Below are positions 10,301-19,569 of a DNA stretch of 64,000 bases, in pieces. The translations under genes were made by a program, and so were the position numbers. The notes under the pieces are model-generated. The model searched no databases. It was not told the DNA's origin and saw nothing but the letters and a program-made list of their open reading frames with translations. Within the stretch, counting starts at the first letter, position 1. Each line of letters opens with the position of its first letter. This DNA is from a bacterium (GTDB lineage: Bacteria; UBP14; UBA6098; 4484-93): positions 5,669 to 69,668 of the forward strand of contig JAGGUN010000035.1 in assembly GCA_021158465.1 (NCBI GenBank), read 5' to 3'.

Positions 10301-13300
10301 ATATAGAATGTCCAGCAGCTATCGAGTAAGTTCGGTCCGCAGTAGTCAGGGGTATCATAGGCAGAAAGACATACATCGACTGTGTCTCCTCCTGTGAATA
10401 GAACACCTGCTGTCGTGGGGTCCCACACAAGAGCTGAATCTGTTAATGTGAGTGATGGGTCGGATAGTGTGTAGTCAGTTCCGTTAATTGTCAATATAAT
10501 TCCTGTTATATCCAGTCCGGAGAGGTCATCCCATAGGTTCATCGAGATGGTTGGCGTTCTTGTGGCGACAACATCGCCGGGAGGTGGTGTAATATTCCAT
10601 ACTCGAGGCGGTGTCGTGTCCATCACAAAGCTCCAGCAGACAGGAGACGGGTCAAGCGGATTACCGATAATGTCCTCAGCATCCGTCAGGCAGACATAGA
10701 TAGTCTCCGCATTGACGAAAGGCTCTGTCGGATAGTAGATCAGGTTCTCTCCATCGAATGAGAAGCCGGAGGTTGTATAGTCGATAAATGTGGTATCGGT
10801 CATATCGGTCGAACGCAACACCCACATCCGGATGGATGATGTCACGACGCCGTCCTCGTCGGATACTATCATCTCGATGTGCTCCGTGTCAATGCAGGCG
10901 GAGTATGCTCCATCGAACGGACGAACGATGGTAGCAACGGGACCACCCGGCTCGATATGGAATGTCCAGCAGCTGTCGAGATGGTTTGCAGGAAGGCAAA
11001 TATCTGGTGAATCATCCGCTCGAATGCAGATTCTCACGCTGTCTCCGCCTGGGACATAAAGCCCGATAGAGTCTGCCCAGATGCAGAAGTGCGGAAAAGT
11101 TCCTGACAATCCTGGGGAGCCGGGGTAAAGAACAATTGTGTCATTCAGAACAACCTCTATTGTTGTTTCGTCAACGCCAGATAGATTGTCTGTCAAGTTG
11201 AAGCAGAGAACGGGTGTTGGCGTTGAGACGGTGTCGCCAGGACCGATTGTTGCATCAGAGACGACAGGCGGCGATAGGTCGACCCAGAAATCCCATGCAA
11301 GTGGTGTCTGAAGTGGGTTGCCGAGATTGTCGTCCGCTCGAACGAGCTCTACCTCGACCAGCTGGGAATCTAGCCATGCCCAGCCAGCCTCGTATGGATA
11401 GAAATAAAGTGTATCGCCGGAGAATCTGATTCCTAAATCATCCAGATGGAATGTCGAGCCGTTGATGATAACCTCGAGCGTCGTCGAGTCGACCCCGACA
11501 TCGTCATCGGAAAGGGCGATAATTATTGCCTGGCTGTCACAGGCAGCAATCTGACCAGGTAGAGGGGTAACTATCTCAGCAACCGGTCCCCTCAGATGCA
11601 CAAAGAAACGCCAGCAACTATCGAGTGTGTTCGGCCCGCAGTAGTCGGGGGAATCATCTGCCGTTACGCATACATCCACCGTATCCCAGTCGTTCCAGTA
11701 GATACCGAGAAGCTCTGGGTCGAATGTTATGCTGTCACCCCAGACTACTCCAGGACTTCCCGGCGTGAGAACAATTGTATCGTCGATTGTGATTGTAACC
11801 GACAAGGAATCCAATCCGGATATGGAATCTGCGATATGGAACGAGATGATGGCAAGAGAATCGTTTATGAGTGTGTCAGGGGATGGGAGTTCGTTCCAGA
11901 TAACGGGTGGTGTCAGGTCGATGAGGAACCGCCAGCACAAGGGAGAACCCATCGGGTTGCCGAGGCTGTCTCGAGCATCCACAAGACAGACATAAACCGT
12001 CTCGCCATCTGTCCAATACTCACTCGGAATGAAGATGAGGGTGTCGTTGACAAAATCGAGCTCCCACGATGCAACTGTGAATGTGTCGTCCCCGACGGTG
12101 AAGATTATACTTGCCGGGTCGACCCCATCCGGGTCGATGATCGTCATAAAAAGGACCTGCTCCGTATCGACACAGGCAACGAAGCTCTCCGGCATATACT
12201 GGATAATGGTCGGGCGAGGCCCAGAAAGCGATACAACAAAGCTGAAGCAGAATTCCTCTGCTACATTCGGCTCGCAATATCCGGGTGTCGGAGAGTCCTG
12301 CGCATTGTGCACACAGACTACCACCGTGTCGCTATCTGCGAATACAAAACCAGCCTCTTCTGGATGCACAACGAGGTTCTCTCCGTCCCAGTCGACCCCC
12401 ACATCCCCTATGTGGAATATGAGCGTGTCGTTTATCGTTATGTAGACCGAATCAGTGGAAAGCCCTGAGACAGAGTCTACAATACTTACTCCTATATCCG
12501 GCGTTGCATCCGGGACGATAGCACCGTCCGGTGGGAAGTTGCCATATATAGCGGGTGGGTGTGTGTCCACGAGGAAGCTCCAGGAAAGCGGGGTATCGGG
12601 CGAGATATTCCCCCAGACATCGGCGAGTGAATCGAGCGAAACAAGCACTACTTCGCTGTCCGAGAAGAAGCCGGCTGGCGGTTGGAATATAATGAGTGTA
12701 TCCCCATCGAGTGTGAGATAGGGGCTGCTGATGGTGTATATAGTTCCGTTCACATTCAGTACGATTGATGATGAGTCTATCCCGGAAGCGTCGTAGACAC
12801 GGATGATAATCTCCTGGTCATCGCAGGCGGATATAATGTCTGGCTCCGGTCGGACAATCTCGGCTGTCGGACCGATGAAGTTCACTGTGAAGCTCCAGCA
12901 GTATGGTTCGATCCTGTTGGAATCGCAGTAGTCGGGGGTATCCCATGCCTGCTGCACACAGACGGTCACTGTCTCACCGTCGGCGAAGGTTATGCCGTTG
13001 CGGACTGTCTCACAGATGTATTCCCCTGTTGTCGGGTCAAGCACAAATACGCTGTCCGAGAGCGTGAATGAGAGTGTGTCGTTTATCGTGAAGACAACGG
13101 ATGGCTCGTAAAGCCCGGATATAGAATCGAAGATGCTGATATGTATAACAGGGTTTGGTGTGGTGACATTCGTATCTGCTGGGAACTCGCCCCAGATATC
13201 GGGTGGGTTAAGGTCAACGAGGAAGCACCAGGTCAGCGGGCAGTCGTCGGATGGGGTGTGATAGATGTCCTCTACATTGTTCACCGTTACGCAGACAGTA

Positions 13301-15528
13301 TCCCCATTGTGCCAGGTGCCGGTGGGCGGCGTTATCGTTAGGATCGAATCATCATGGAAGGATACCCACCTCGGGTCGACCGTAAACGGCTCACCGTTCA
13401 CCGTTATGGAGAAATCGATGCTGGATTCATCTATCGGCGCGGCGACCGGATGGATGAACAGTTCGATATACTGGTCATCGCATGCTGTTATGGAGTCGGG
13501 TTGCGGGATAACTATCTCGAGGGCAGGACCTGCAAGTGCAACATAGAATGTCCAGCAGAAGCTCGTGTCGTTCGGAGCGCAATAGTCATAGGTAGGCGAG
13601 TCCCAGGCATGAAGAATGCATACCTCCACTGTATCGCCATTGGAAAAGCTTACACCTGTTATCTCGATATGCATCCCATCGAATGTGAAGGAGTATCCGC
13701 TTATAACTGTTCCGTTCACCGACACCTGGATGTTGGAATCGACGATCGAGGATGGGTCGAGCCCGGAGATCGCATCGAATATATCAACGCCGATGACCGG
13801 TGTCGGTGTATGAACGACGGTATCCATAGGTGGGTAAGCGTTGTCGAATATAGGTGGTTCAATGTCTACCTGGAAGTTGCAGGTAACGATGTTTGCTACG
13901 CAGCCTGAGTCATCCTCTGCACTGATGAGAGAGAATGTGACCCAGGAGCCGTTTGTCCAAGGGGTGGAGGGGATAAAATGTAGTTCGGGTGGGCTCCAGG
14001 TGAGCTGTGGGTCGGATGTTGTGTAGTTTATCCCGTTCACCTGAAGGATTATGCTCGACTCGATAATAGGAGCCATTCCCGGGCTGATGTTTATTATTAT
14101 GTCCTGGTATTCGCAGGAGGTTATTCCGCCGCAGGGGTCGGGACGAACCACCTCCGCCACAGGTGGAGACCCTTCGCAGTAAGGGATGTCGAAGCAGTAG
14201 TCTATCGAGTTGCCGTCGATATCAGGCGATGTTGTCGTCACATCGATGTGAATGCAGGTGTTTGTTCCCATACAGTCGCGGTTCAGCTCAAAACGCCAGG
14301 AAGCGCTCCCGACAGATGGGTCCAGGCAGAATGGGTCCTCCGAGGAACACAGGTCTCTTGGATCTGTATACTGCGGATTAGCTCCAGAGACGAGCGTCAG
14401 GCAGCTCGCATCATAGGTTATTGTCGCCTGGACATTGTAAGCCGTCTCATCATCGAACGGCCAGAGGGTGTAATATGTATTGCGGACGAGGAGCGTAACA
14501 TCGATGGGATTTGGAGACAGCTCCCCGCAGCGAGCGCAGCTTATCATTATCGGGTTGAGGTTCAGCTCGAGTTCACCCTCGCTCGTTATCTCCGCACCGA
14601 GACCATAGTATGTCGCCTGTCGGAGAGTTCCACCTGGGGGAATGGAAACAGGATACCACCACAGGAGGACTGCGGAATCACCGTATGTTCCGAAGGTCGG
14701 TGTATAGTCCCAGACAACATTATAATAGGTGGGCCAGGAACCGAGGCAGATCCTGTCTGGTATCGTTGATTCAGGACCCAATATGTCACCCTGTGCTACC
14801 ATACCTGAGAGGTCATCATTCTCCCATGCTCGCCAGTAGGAGGGTATGTCTGGAGCGAGGAACTCCTGCTCGTGGTCCTCGAAGCCATAGTATGTTGAAA
14901 TCCTTGTCGCATCGTTCCCGTTTATCATCGTATCGAACTCTATCAGGAGCCCTACATTGTGCGATACTGTTCCGGTGTTCTCCATAAAATATTCGTAGAG
15001 GATAGTTGCTGAGCCAGGACCGGATATCTGGCGGGGGGAGAGTTTCTGTGTTATCCGTATGTCCCCTGCCTGCCAGACCGTCCAGATGGTGTCTCCAACA
15101 GAATAGGGAGGAGTTGTGAGTGTAGGGACGAATGTCCCTGTAAGCCCTCGGATGTTGTAGATCACCCCATCGATATTGAAGGCGACCCAGGAGCTCCATG
15201 GGCGCGGTGCCCCAGGGTCGACACCACCAACATCGTGACGGAAATCGTACAGGAGATCCCTGCCGGTTAGGTCTCCTTCAACGAAGTCGCCTATCCAGGT
15301 AGAGCCGCCGCCGGTGCCATCTGCATCGTCAGCTGTTGCCACACATACCCTCACATTCTGGGTAGGGTCACCACCGTTATAGTTGCTCTGGATACACACG
15401 CAAGGGGTCATAATATCCTTCGAAGAGGAAGGATGTCTTGCCGTTTTCCACGAACCACCCTCCTGTGCGAACAGGGACCAAGAGATCATTAACCCCAGAA
15501 ACGCCAAAGCCAGCCACGATCTTTTCAT
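7396..15528 (-). CDS. Giant (2710 aa) secreted surface/adhesin-like protein with 10 tandem two-domain Ig-like repeats and a T9SS type-B (gliding-motility-associated) CTD
   Basis: Sec signal peptide (SLFA|Q), a unique N-terminal region, ~215-aa repeats, and C-terminus PNPFSPNGDGYNE...VYN...WNGRD...VPEGLYIY...GTITLIR. Confidence 0.85.
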   Translation of the reverse strand: MKRSWLALAFLGLMISWSLFAQEGGSWKTARHPSSSKDIMTPCVCIQSNYNGGDPTQNVRVCVATADDADGTGGGSTWIGDFVEGDLTGRDLLYDFRHDVGGVDPGAPRPWSSWVAFNIDGVIYNIRGLTGTFVPTLTTPPYSVGDTIWTVWQAGDIRITQKLSPRQISGPGSATILYEYFMENTGTVSHNVGLLIEFDTMINGNDATRISTYYGFEDHEQEFLAPDIPSYWRAWENDDLSGMVAQGDILGPESTIPDRICLGSWPTYYNVVWDYTPTFGTYGDSAVLLWWYPVSIPPGGTLRQATYYGLGAEITSEGELELNLNPIMISCARCGELSPNPIDVTLLVRNTYYTLWPFDDETAYNVQATITYDASCLTLVSGANPQYTDPRDLCSSEDPFCLDPSVGSASWRFELNRDCMGTNTCIHIDVTTTSPDIDGNSIDYCFDIPYCEGSPPVAEVVRPDPCGGITSCEYQDIIINISPGMAPIIESSIILQVNGINYTTSDPQLTWSPPELHFIPSTPWTNGSWVTFSLISAEDDSGCVANIVTCNFQVDIEPPIFDNAYPPMDTVVHTPTPVIGVDIFDAISGLDPSSIVDSNIQVSVNGTVISGYSFTFDGMHIEITGVSFSNGDTVEVCILHAWDSPTYDYCAPNDTSFCWTFYVALAGPALEIVIPQPDSITACDDQYIELFIHPVAAPIDESSIDFSITVNGEPFTVDPRWVSFHDDSILTITPPTGTWHNGDTVCVTVNNVEDIYHTPSDDCPLTWCFLVDLNPPDIWGEFPADTNVTTPNPVIHISIFDSISGLYEPSVVFTINDTLSFTLSDSVFVLDPTTGEYICETVRNGITFADGETVTVCVQQAWDTPDYCDSNRIEPYCWSFTVNFIGPTAEIVRPEPDIISACDDQEIIIRVYDASGIDSSSIVLNVNGTIYTISSPYLTLDGDTLIIFQPPAGFFSDSEVVLVSLDSLADVWGNISPDTPLSWSFLVDTHPPAIYGNFPPDGAIVPDATPDIGVSIVDSVSGLSTDSVYITINDTLIFHIGDVGVDWDGENLVVHPEEAGFVFADSDTVVVCVHNAQDSPTPGYCEPNVAEEFCFSFVVSLSGPRPTIIQYMPESFVACVDTEQVLFMTIIDPDGVDPASIIFTVGDDTFTVASWELDFVNDTLIFIPSEYWTDGETVYVCLVDARDSLGNPMGSPLCWRFLIDLTPPVIWNELPSPDTLINDSLAIISFHIADSISGLDSLSVTITIDDTIVLTPGSPGVVWGDSITFDPELLGIYWNDWDTVDVCVTADDSPDYCGPNTLDSCWRFFVHLRGPVAEIVTPLPGQIAACDSQAIIIALSDDDVGVDSTTLEVIINGSTFHLDDLGIRFSGDTLYFYPYEAGWAWLDSQLVEVELVRADDNLGNPLQTPLAWDFWVDLSPPVVSDATIGPGDTVSTPTPVLCFNLTDNLSGVDETTIEVVLNDTIVLYPGSPGLSGTFPHFCIWADSIGLYVPGGDSVRICIRADDSPDICLPANHLDSCWTFHIEPGGPVATIVRPFDGAYSACIDTEHIEMIVSDEDGVVTSSIRMWVLRSTDMTDTTFIDYTTSGFSFDGENLIYYPTEPFVNAETIYVCLTDAEDIIGNPLDPSPVCWSFVMDTTPPRVWNITPPPGDVVATRTPTISMNLWDDLSGLDITGIILTINGTDYTLSDPSLTLTDSALVWDPTTAGVLFTGGDTVDVCLSAYDTPDYCGPNLLDSCWTFYIEPGGPVATIVRPFDGAHSACEDEHIVIYLTDPTGVNDSTIVLVVNDDTIGILDPRLTYEDSVLIFIPDPYFGDAETVTVELVSADDILGNPLETPLSWTFVMDRIPPEITDLSPAPEDVVVSTRPIISVILHETISWLNLDSLFFLINGDTFALDSPGVSLIEDTLFSVDCGIAGIVFGGGDTVDVCVVAYDSVDYCDPNSSDSCWTFYISPGGPIGTIIRPFDGAYSACEDTEHIEMTIEDEDSVIDETIRLMVARNGCRDTAYYEVTDPELDFTYPDLRFEPNPPFVDAETVCVALIAADDSLGNHLTSVVSWSFVMDLTPPVILIQSPLPGSYIDEREPIICVQITDSLSGINEAGITLTVAGHPYHIGDAGISWDGETICFDPAVVGTSFVGGDTIPVCIYSEDTPDYCDPNVLDSCWAFYISPGGPIPTILRPFDGAISSCPDESVAVSIVDPNGVDESTIILQVRGTDLTISDDELDFIDDSILVFHPEPPFGEAETVDVCLIEAEDNLGNPLTGAPLCWSFVVDIEPPYITDASPAPAETVSTTQPVIRFVLSDSVSGVDTSAVTLTIGGITYHLYDPGVSISGDTITFDPATAGVEWFGGTEVVVQVQAEDSPDTIYINPHTLDTTYYCSPNILDSIYSFIISPGGPVATVIRPLNETFTACIDESIAVVLRDPDGVNPETVVLTVNGATFRVGDAQITFIGDTLLIYHPDGGFADNETISVCLTHADDNLGNPLTGAPVCWQFYTDFTPPYAEMRIPTPEMMVRSDQQRIEIYVYDLMSGADVGEFVLHVAGREYHYPDFDFQPTSDSLGGLLIFNPPAVGVSFGSGDTVEVQLSVYDTPDYCDPNNDEYFWFFTIEPRVSCLVHPNPFSPNGDGYNEFVVFSYPFMFSKEGRIRVYNLRNMLIWECTVPPQTGFSNFLDRCWNGRDKHNKPVPEGLYIYAIEVEGEIVCNGTITLIR
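7702..14166 (-). repeat. Ten diverged intragenic repeats of ~645 bp (A+B domain pairs)
   Basis: Recurring GP.A.I.RP..G..SAC...D..GV...ADD.LGNPL..P..W.F..D (A) and PP.I....P...D..SG...GDTV.VC..A.D.PDYC.PN.LDSCW.F (B). DNA similarity is still visible, e.g. 10269-10326 vs 10923-10980. Confidence 0.9.
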
Positions 15529-15529
15529 C

Positions 15530-17245
15530 TTATTTTATCCCTCCCGAAACTCCTTTTATTGGTAAAAAGACCACAAATTCGCTTCCTGAGCCTGCCTTGC
15601 TGTGAACCTCTATAAGCCCCTTATGCTGGGTTGCTATCCTCTGTGCAATTGAAAGCCCAAGTCCTGTCCCCTTTGGTTTTGTCGAGAAGAACGGCTGGAA
15701 TATCTTCAGCAGGTTCTTCTCGCTTATACCCACACCGTTATCCTTTATGGATATCCCGACAAGCGTTATGTTCCTGTCGAGGAGCCCTTCTCGCTGTCCA
15801 TCAAGCGATATCCGTATCTCTGGTTTCTTTTCGTTCTTTACAGCCTCGACTGCATTTATCAGGAGGTTCAGAAACAGTTGCTTGAGGTGGTCCTCGCGCC
15901 CATATACGCTGAACTCCTTGCCCTCGAACTCATTTATCACTGTTATTCTGTCGTCCCAGCAGGAGTTTCTTTTCAATAGCTCTAATGTTTCTCTAAAAAG
16001 CTTGGAGATGTCTGTTTTCACGAACGGTAGCTGAGAGAGAGAGACATCCTCGATTCGAGCAAAGTTCAAGAACTCATCGAGTATCCCCTTCAGGCGATCG
16101 GTTTCCTTAACTATTAGGTCGAACAGTTCTCGTTTTTCGCTCTCTGTGGGGAAGAGTTCCTTGTTTAGAAGCTCGACCGAGCCACGGATCGAAGCTAACG
16201 GGTTTCTTATCTCGTGTGCTAGACCGGCAGACATCTCCCCGATAAGTGCCATCTTGTCCACATTCTTGAGATACTCGTCTACAAGCTTCTCCTGTGTTAT
16301 GTCCTCGAAGACCGTTATCACCCCACGAACTATGCCGGCTACCTTAAGGGTGCTTGTCACAAGGAGGAGCGGGATCTCCTTCCCCTCATCCGATGTTATA
16401 ATTATCTCACCACGAGAGTTCTCGTTTGTAGAACCGGAGAGTGCTCGCTCCAGCGTTTCTCGGAATGTGCGAAGCCGCTCTGGAAACACCTCTCGGAAAT
16501 CTTTATCCCTTACTTCCGACTTGTTGAGCCCGAGTATCTTGCCTGCTGCCTCGTTGAAGTACTGTATCCTCCCAGTTGTATCCACCGTCACAAGCCCGTT
16601 GCGCATATACTCCAGTATCTCATCCGTGTCCATACGCGTCTGCATCAGCTGATAATAGAGGAGTTCGATCTCGTCGATGCGGGCTCGAAGCCTGTTGGAG
16701 ATATACCCAGCAAGGAGCGCAACTATGTAGAAGAAGCAGACATAGATATAGGTTAGATAAAAAAGGTACTCTGATTGGGAGTAATACGATGCGTGGAAGA
16801 AGCCTGGTCTAAAGGGGAGGATATTTTTTGCCTCTAAGAAGACAAGAACGACGAGTGATGCCGAGGCAAATGTAGTTATCAGCAGGGTTCCGCCCATCTC
16901 GAGGAAGAACGAGGTGCTTATTATGGTGAAGAACAGGAGTATTACAAAGGGGGAGTTTATCCCACCGGAGTAGTGAATGATAGCCAATTCGGTCAGGATT
17001 TCCACTACGGAGTGGATAGTGCAGAGGAATTTCAGGCTTACCTTCTTATGGGTGAACCGCCAGAGGGAGAGGGCAAGAAAGAAGCCGAGGGTTGTTATAC
17101 CGTACAGCAGCAGAAATTCGTATAGAAACTTCTCCGATGCGCCGAGGATAAAGGGAGCGGAGATGAAGATAAAAACGAATATAAACAACCTAAGGATTAA
17201 GAGCCAGTTGAGTCTCTTTTTTAGCTCTTCCTGCCTGGATTCCAT
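15530..17245 (-). CDS. pilS: PilS-like membrane sensor histidine kinase (TM region, PAS, HisKA, HATPase)
   Basis: N-terminal WLLILRL plus ~6 TM helices with SGGINSPF; PAS; AGLAHEIRNPL; NLLINA, DNGVG, FQPFFSTK and GTGLGL boxes; located after pilC. Confidence 0.8.
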   Translation of the reverse strand: MESRQEELKKRLNWLLILRLFIFVFIFISAPFILGASEKFLYEFLLLYGITTLGFFLALSLWRFTHKKVSLKFLCTIHSVVEILTELAIIHYSGGINSPFVILLFFTIISTSFFLEMGGTLLITTFASASLVVLVFLEAKNILPFRPGFFHASYYSQSEYLFYLTYIYVCFFYIVALLAGYISNRLRARIDEIELLYYQLMQTRMDTDEILEYMRNGLVTVDTTGRIQYFNEAAGKILGLNKSEVRDKDFREVFPERLRTFRETLERALSGSTNENSRGEIIITSDEGKEIPLLLVTSTLKVAGIVRGVITVFEDITQEKLVDEYLKNVDKMALIGEMSAGLAHEIRNPLASIRGSVELLNKELFPTESEKRELFDLIVKETDRLKGILDEFLNFARIEDVSLSQLPFVKTDISKLFRETLELLKRNSCWDDRITVINEFEGKEFSVYGREDHLKQLFLNLLINAVEAVKNEKKPEIRISLDGQREGLLDRNITLVGISIKDNGVGISEKNLLKIFQPFFSTKPKGTGLGLSIAQRIATQHKGLIEVHSKAGSGSEFVVFLPIKGVSGGIK

Positions 17246-17253
17246 AACTTGAT

Positions 17254-18456
17254 TTAAGCCTTTATTTGACCTATGATATCAAACATAGGTAGATACATTG
17301 CTATCAAGAGCGCGCCAACTATCCCACCCAGAACTACAATTGTGATAGGCTCAATGAGGGACATAAGTGTGGTGACAGCTGCATCCACCTCCTCGTCGTA
17401 GAAGTCGGCGATTCGTGTCAGCATATCGTCTAAGTTACCTGTCTGTTCGCCGACAGCTATCATCTGCACGACCATTGGTGGAAACACCTTACTTTCCCTG
17501 AGAGGCGCAGTGATGGTTTCTCCCTCGGAGATACTCACCATAGAGCCGTGTATAGCCTTTTGGAGGACCACATTTCCGGCTGTTTTGGATGTGATGTTCA
17601 GCGCGTCGATGAGGTTGACACCGCTCGAGAGCAGGGTAGCTAAGGTTCTTGTAAAGCGGGCTATGGCGGTCTTACGGATGAGTGGACCGAATACTGGGAG
17701 CTTGAGTTTAGCAGAATCTATCCACCAGCGTCCTTGGCGTGTTCTCTGGAGTCCTGAGAAACCTAATATAATGCCGACAACAAAGAGGACGATCAGAATA
17801 GCATTATGTCTGAAGAAGCTGGAGATGCCGAGCACAATCAGGGTTGGTTTGGGGAGTTCAGCACCCAGCCCCTCGAACATGCCCGCAAAGACTGGGATAA
17901 TAAAGGTCAACATTGCCCAGGTTATAAGGATAGTAAATGCGAAGATTGCAGTCGGGTAGGCCATAGCTCCTTTAATCTTGCGCCTTATCGAATCCATCTT
18001 TTCCCTGAACTCGGCGAGTCGTTTCAGGATGACCTCGAGGGCACCACCTGCCTCACCTGCTTCTACCATATTCACATACAGGTCGTCGAACACCTTCTTG
18101 TGTTTTGCGAGGGCGCTGGATAGGGTTGAGCCGCCGGAGACATCCGCTTTGACCTGTGATATAACATTGGCGAGATACTTGTTCTCTGTCTGTTCTGCAA
18201 GGATTGTCAGGCATTGAACGATGGGAAGTCCTGCCTCTACCATTGTGGCGAATTGGCGAGTGAACCTCGATATGTCAACGCTGGAGATCCCTGTTCCGAA
18301 GCGGATATTTATCTCCTTCTGTTTCTTCTTTACAGAGGAGATGATGATCCGCTGCTTCCGCAGGAAGAGTTTAAGTTCCTCGGCGTTTTTGGCTTCCAGC
18401 TCCCCCGATATAGGAGCGCCAGTCAATGTCCTTCCCTGATATTCAAATACAGGCAT
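17254..18456 (-). CDS. pilC: Type IV pilus inner-membrane platform protein
   Basis: FTRQFATMVEAGLP, AGEAGGAL, AMAYP, VGEQTGNL, LIEP...AMYLPMF. Confidence 0.95.
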   Translation of the reverse strand: MPVFEYQGRTLTGAPISGELEAKNAEELKLFLRKQRIIISSVKKKQKEINIRFGTGISSVDISRFTRQFATMVEAGLPIVQCLTILAEQTENKYLANVISQVKADVSGGSTLSSALAKHKKVFDDLYVNMVEAGEAGGALEVILKRLAEFREKMDSIRRKIKGAMAYPTAIFAFTILITWAMLTFIIPVFAGMFEGLGAELPKPTLIVLGISSFFRHNAILIVLFVVGIILGFSGLQRTRQGRWWIDSAKLKLPVFGPLIRKTAIARFTRTLATLLSSGVNLIDALNITSKTAGNVVLQKAIHGSMVSISEGETITAPLRESKVFPPMVVQMIAVGEQTGNLDDMLTRIADFYDEEVDAAVTTLMSLIEPITIVVLGGIVGALLIAMYLPMFDIIGQIKA

Positions 18457-18470
18457 AATCTTTCCTCCTA

Positions 18471-19553
18471 TTATGCTCCCCTACCAACTCTCTCCTTCCT
18501 CCGCATAATGAGGTCGTTGAGCTCTGCAGGGTCGGAAGAATGAGCATATGCCTCTTCCAGTGAGATTAGACCACGAAGGTAAAGGTCTGCTATGGACATA
18601 TTCATTGTCTGCATACCGTATTTTTGTCCAGCTTGCATAGTTGAGTATACCTGATGAATTTTATCCTCCCTTATCTGGGCTCTGATTGCTGGCGTAACAA
18701 TGAGTATCTCTGTCGCAACGATCCTTCCGCCGCCTATCATCGGGATAAGTTGCTGGGTGACGATTGCGCGGAGGACGAAGGAGAGCTGTACCCTTACCTG
18801 GGTCTGCTGGGCGGGTGGAAAGATATCTATAATTCGGTTTATTGTTTCTGCACAGGAATTGGTGTGGAGGGTTCCGAATGTTAAATGTCCTGTTTCGGCG
18901 ATAGTGAGGGCTGCCCTAATTGTTTCGAGGTCTCGCATCTCACCTATCATAACAACATCCGGGTCCTCACGCATTGCGTATTTGAGAGCTGAGTCGAATG
19001 ATTTGGTATCCGAATACACCTCGCGCTGGTTTACTATGGAGTTTTTGTGTTTGTGGACAAATTCTATCGGGTCCTCGACGGTGAGTATATGGACGTGTTT
19101 CTCCGTATTTATCTTATCGACGAGTGCTGCCAAGGTTGTGCTTTTACCTGTGCCGGTTGGACCGGTGATAAGGACGAGTCCTTTTGGGTAGTCAGTGAAG
19201 GAATTGATTATCTTGGGTAACCTCAGCTCTTCGATCCCCTTTATCACTGTTGGGACCCTGCGGAGAGCCATTGCAACGACTCCCTGCTGTAGGAATATGT
19301 TTGTCCGGAAGCGGCAGAGTCCTTCGATTCCGAATGAGAGGTCAATCTCCCAGTTCTCCTCGAACTTCTGTTTCTGTTTCTCGGTCATAATGCTGTAGGC
19401 AAGGCGCTTTGCTGTTTCTGGTGTTACAACCTCATATCTGCTTCTGACGAGCTTTCCATCTATTCTAAACATCGGGGGTGCGCCCGGGGTTATGTGTAGG
19501 TCACTTGCCTCTCTTTTCACAACCTCTGTAAGGAGTTCACGCATCGAAATCAT
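18471..19553 (-). CDS. pilT: Type IV pilus retraction ATPase
   Basis: ASDLH, Walker A GPTGTGKST, EDPIE, REDPD...GEMRD, TLHTN, and an AIRAQIRE (AIRNLIRE-like) motif. Confidence 0.96.
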   Translation of the reverse strand: MISMRELLTEVVKREASDLHITPGAPPMFRIDGKLVRSRYEVVTPETAKRLAYSIMTEKQKQKFEENWEIDLSFGIEGLCRFRTNIFLQQGVVAMALRRVPTVIKGIEELRLPKIINSFTDYPKGLVLITGPTGTGKSTTLAALVDKINTEKHVHILTVEDPIEFVHKHKNSIVNQREVYSDTKSFDSALKYAMREDPDVVMIGEMRDLETIRAALTIAETGHLTFGTLHTNSCAETINRIIDIFPPAQQTQVRVQLSFVLRAIVTQQLIPMIGGGRIVATEILIVTPAIRAQIREDKIHQVYSTMQAGQKYGMQTMNMSIADLYLRGLISLEEAYAHSSDPAELNDLIMRRKERVGRGA

Positions 19554-19569
19554 AGAACTGCCTCCTCAT

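Noticed and set aside
7702-14166. Repeats as a CRISPR array or diversity-generating retroelement target
   Set aside because: They are in-frame, diverged protein-domain repeats. There is no spacer structure, no cas or reverse transcriptase gene, and no adenine-specific TR/VR pair was seen.
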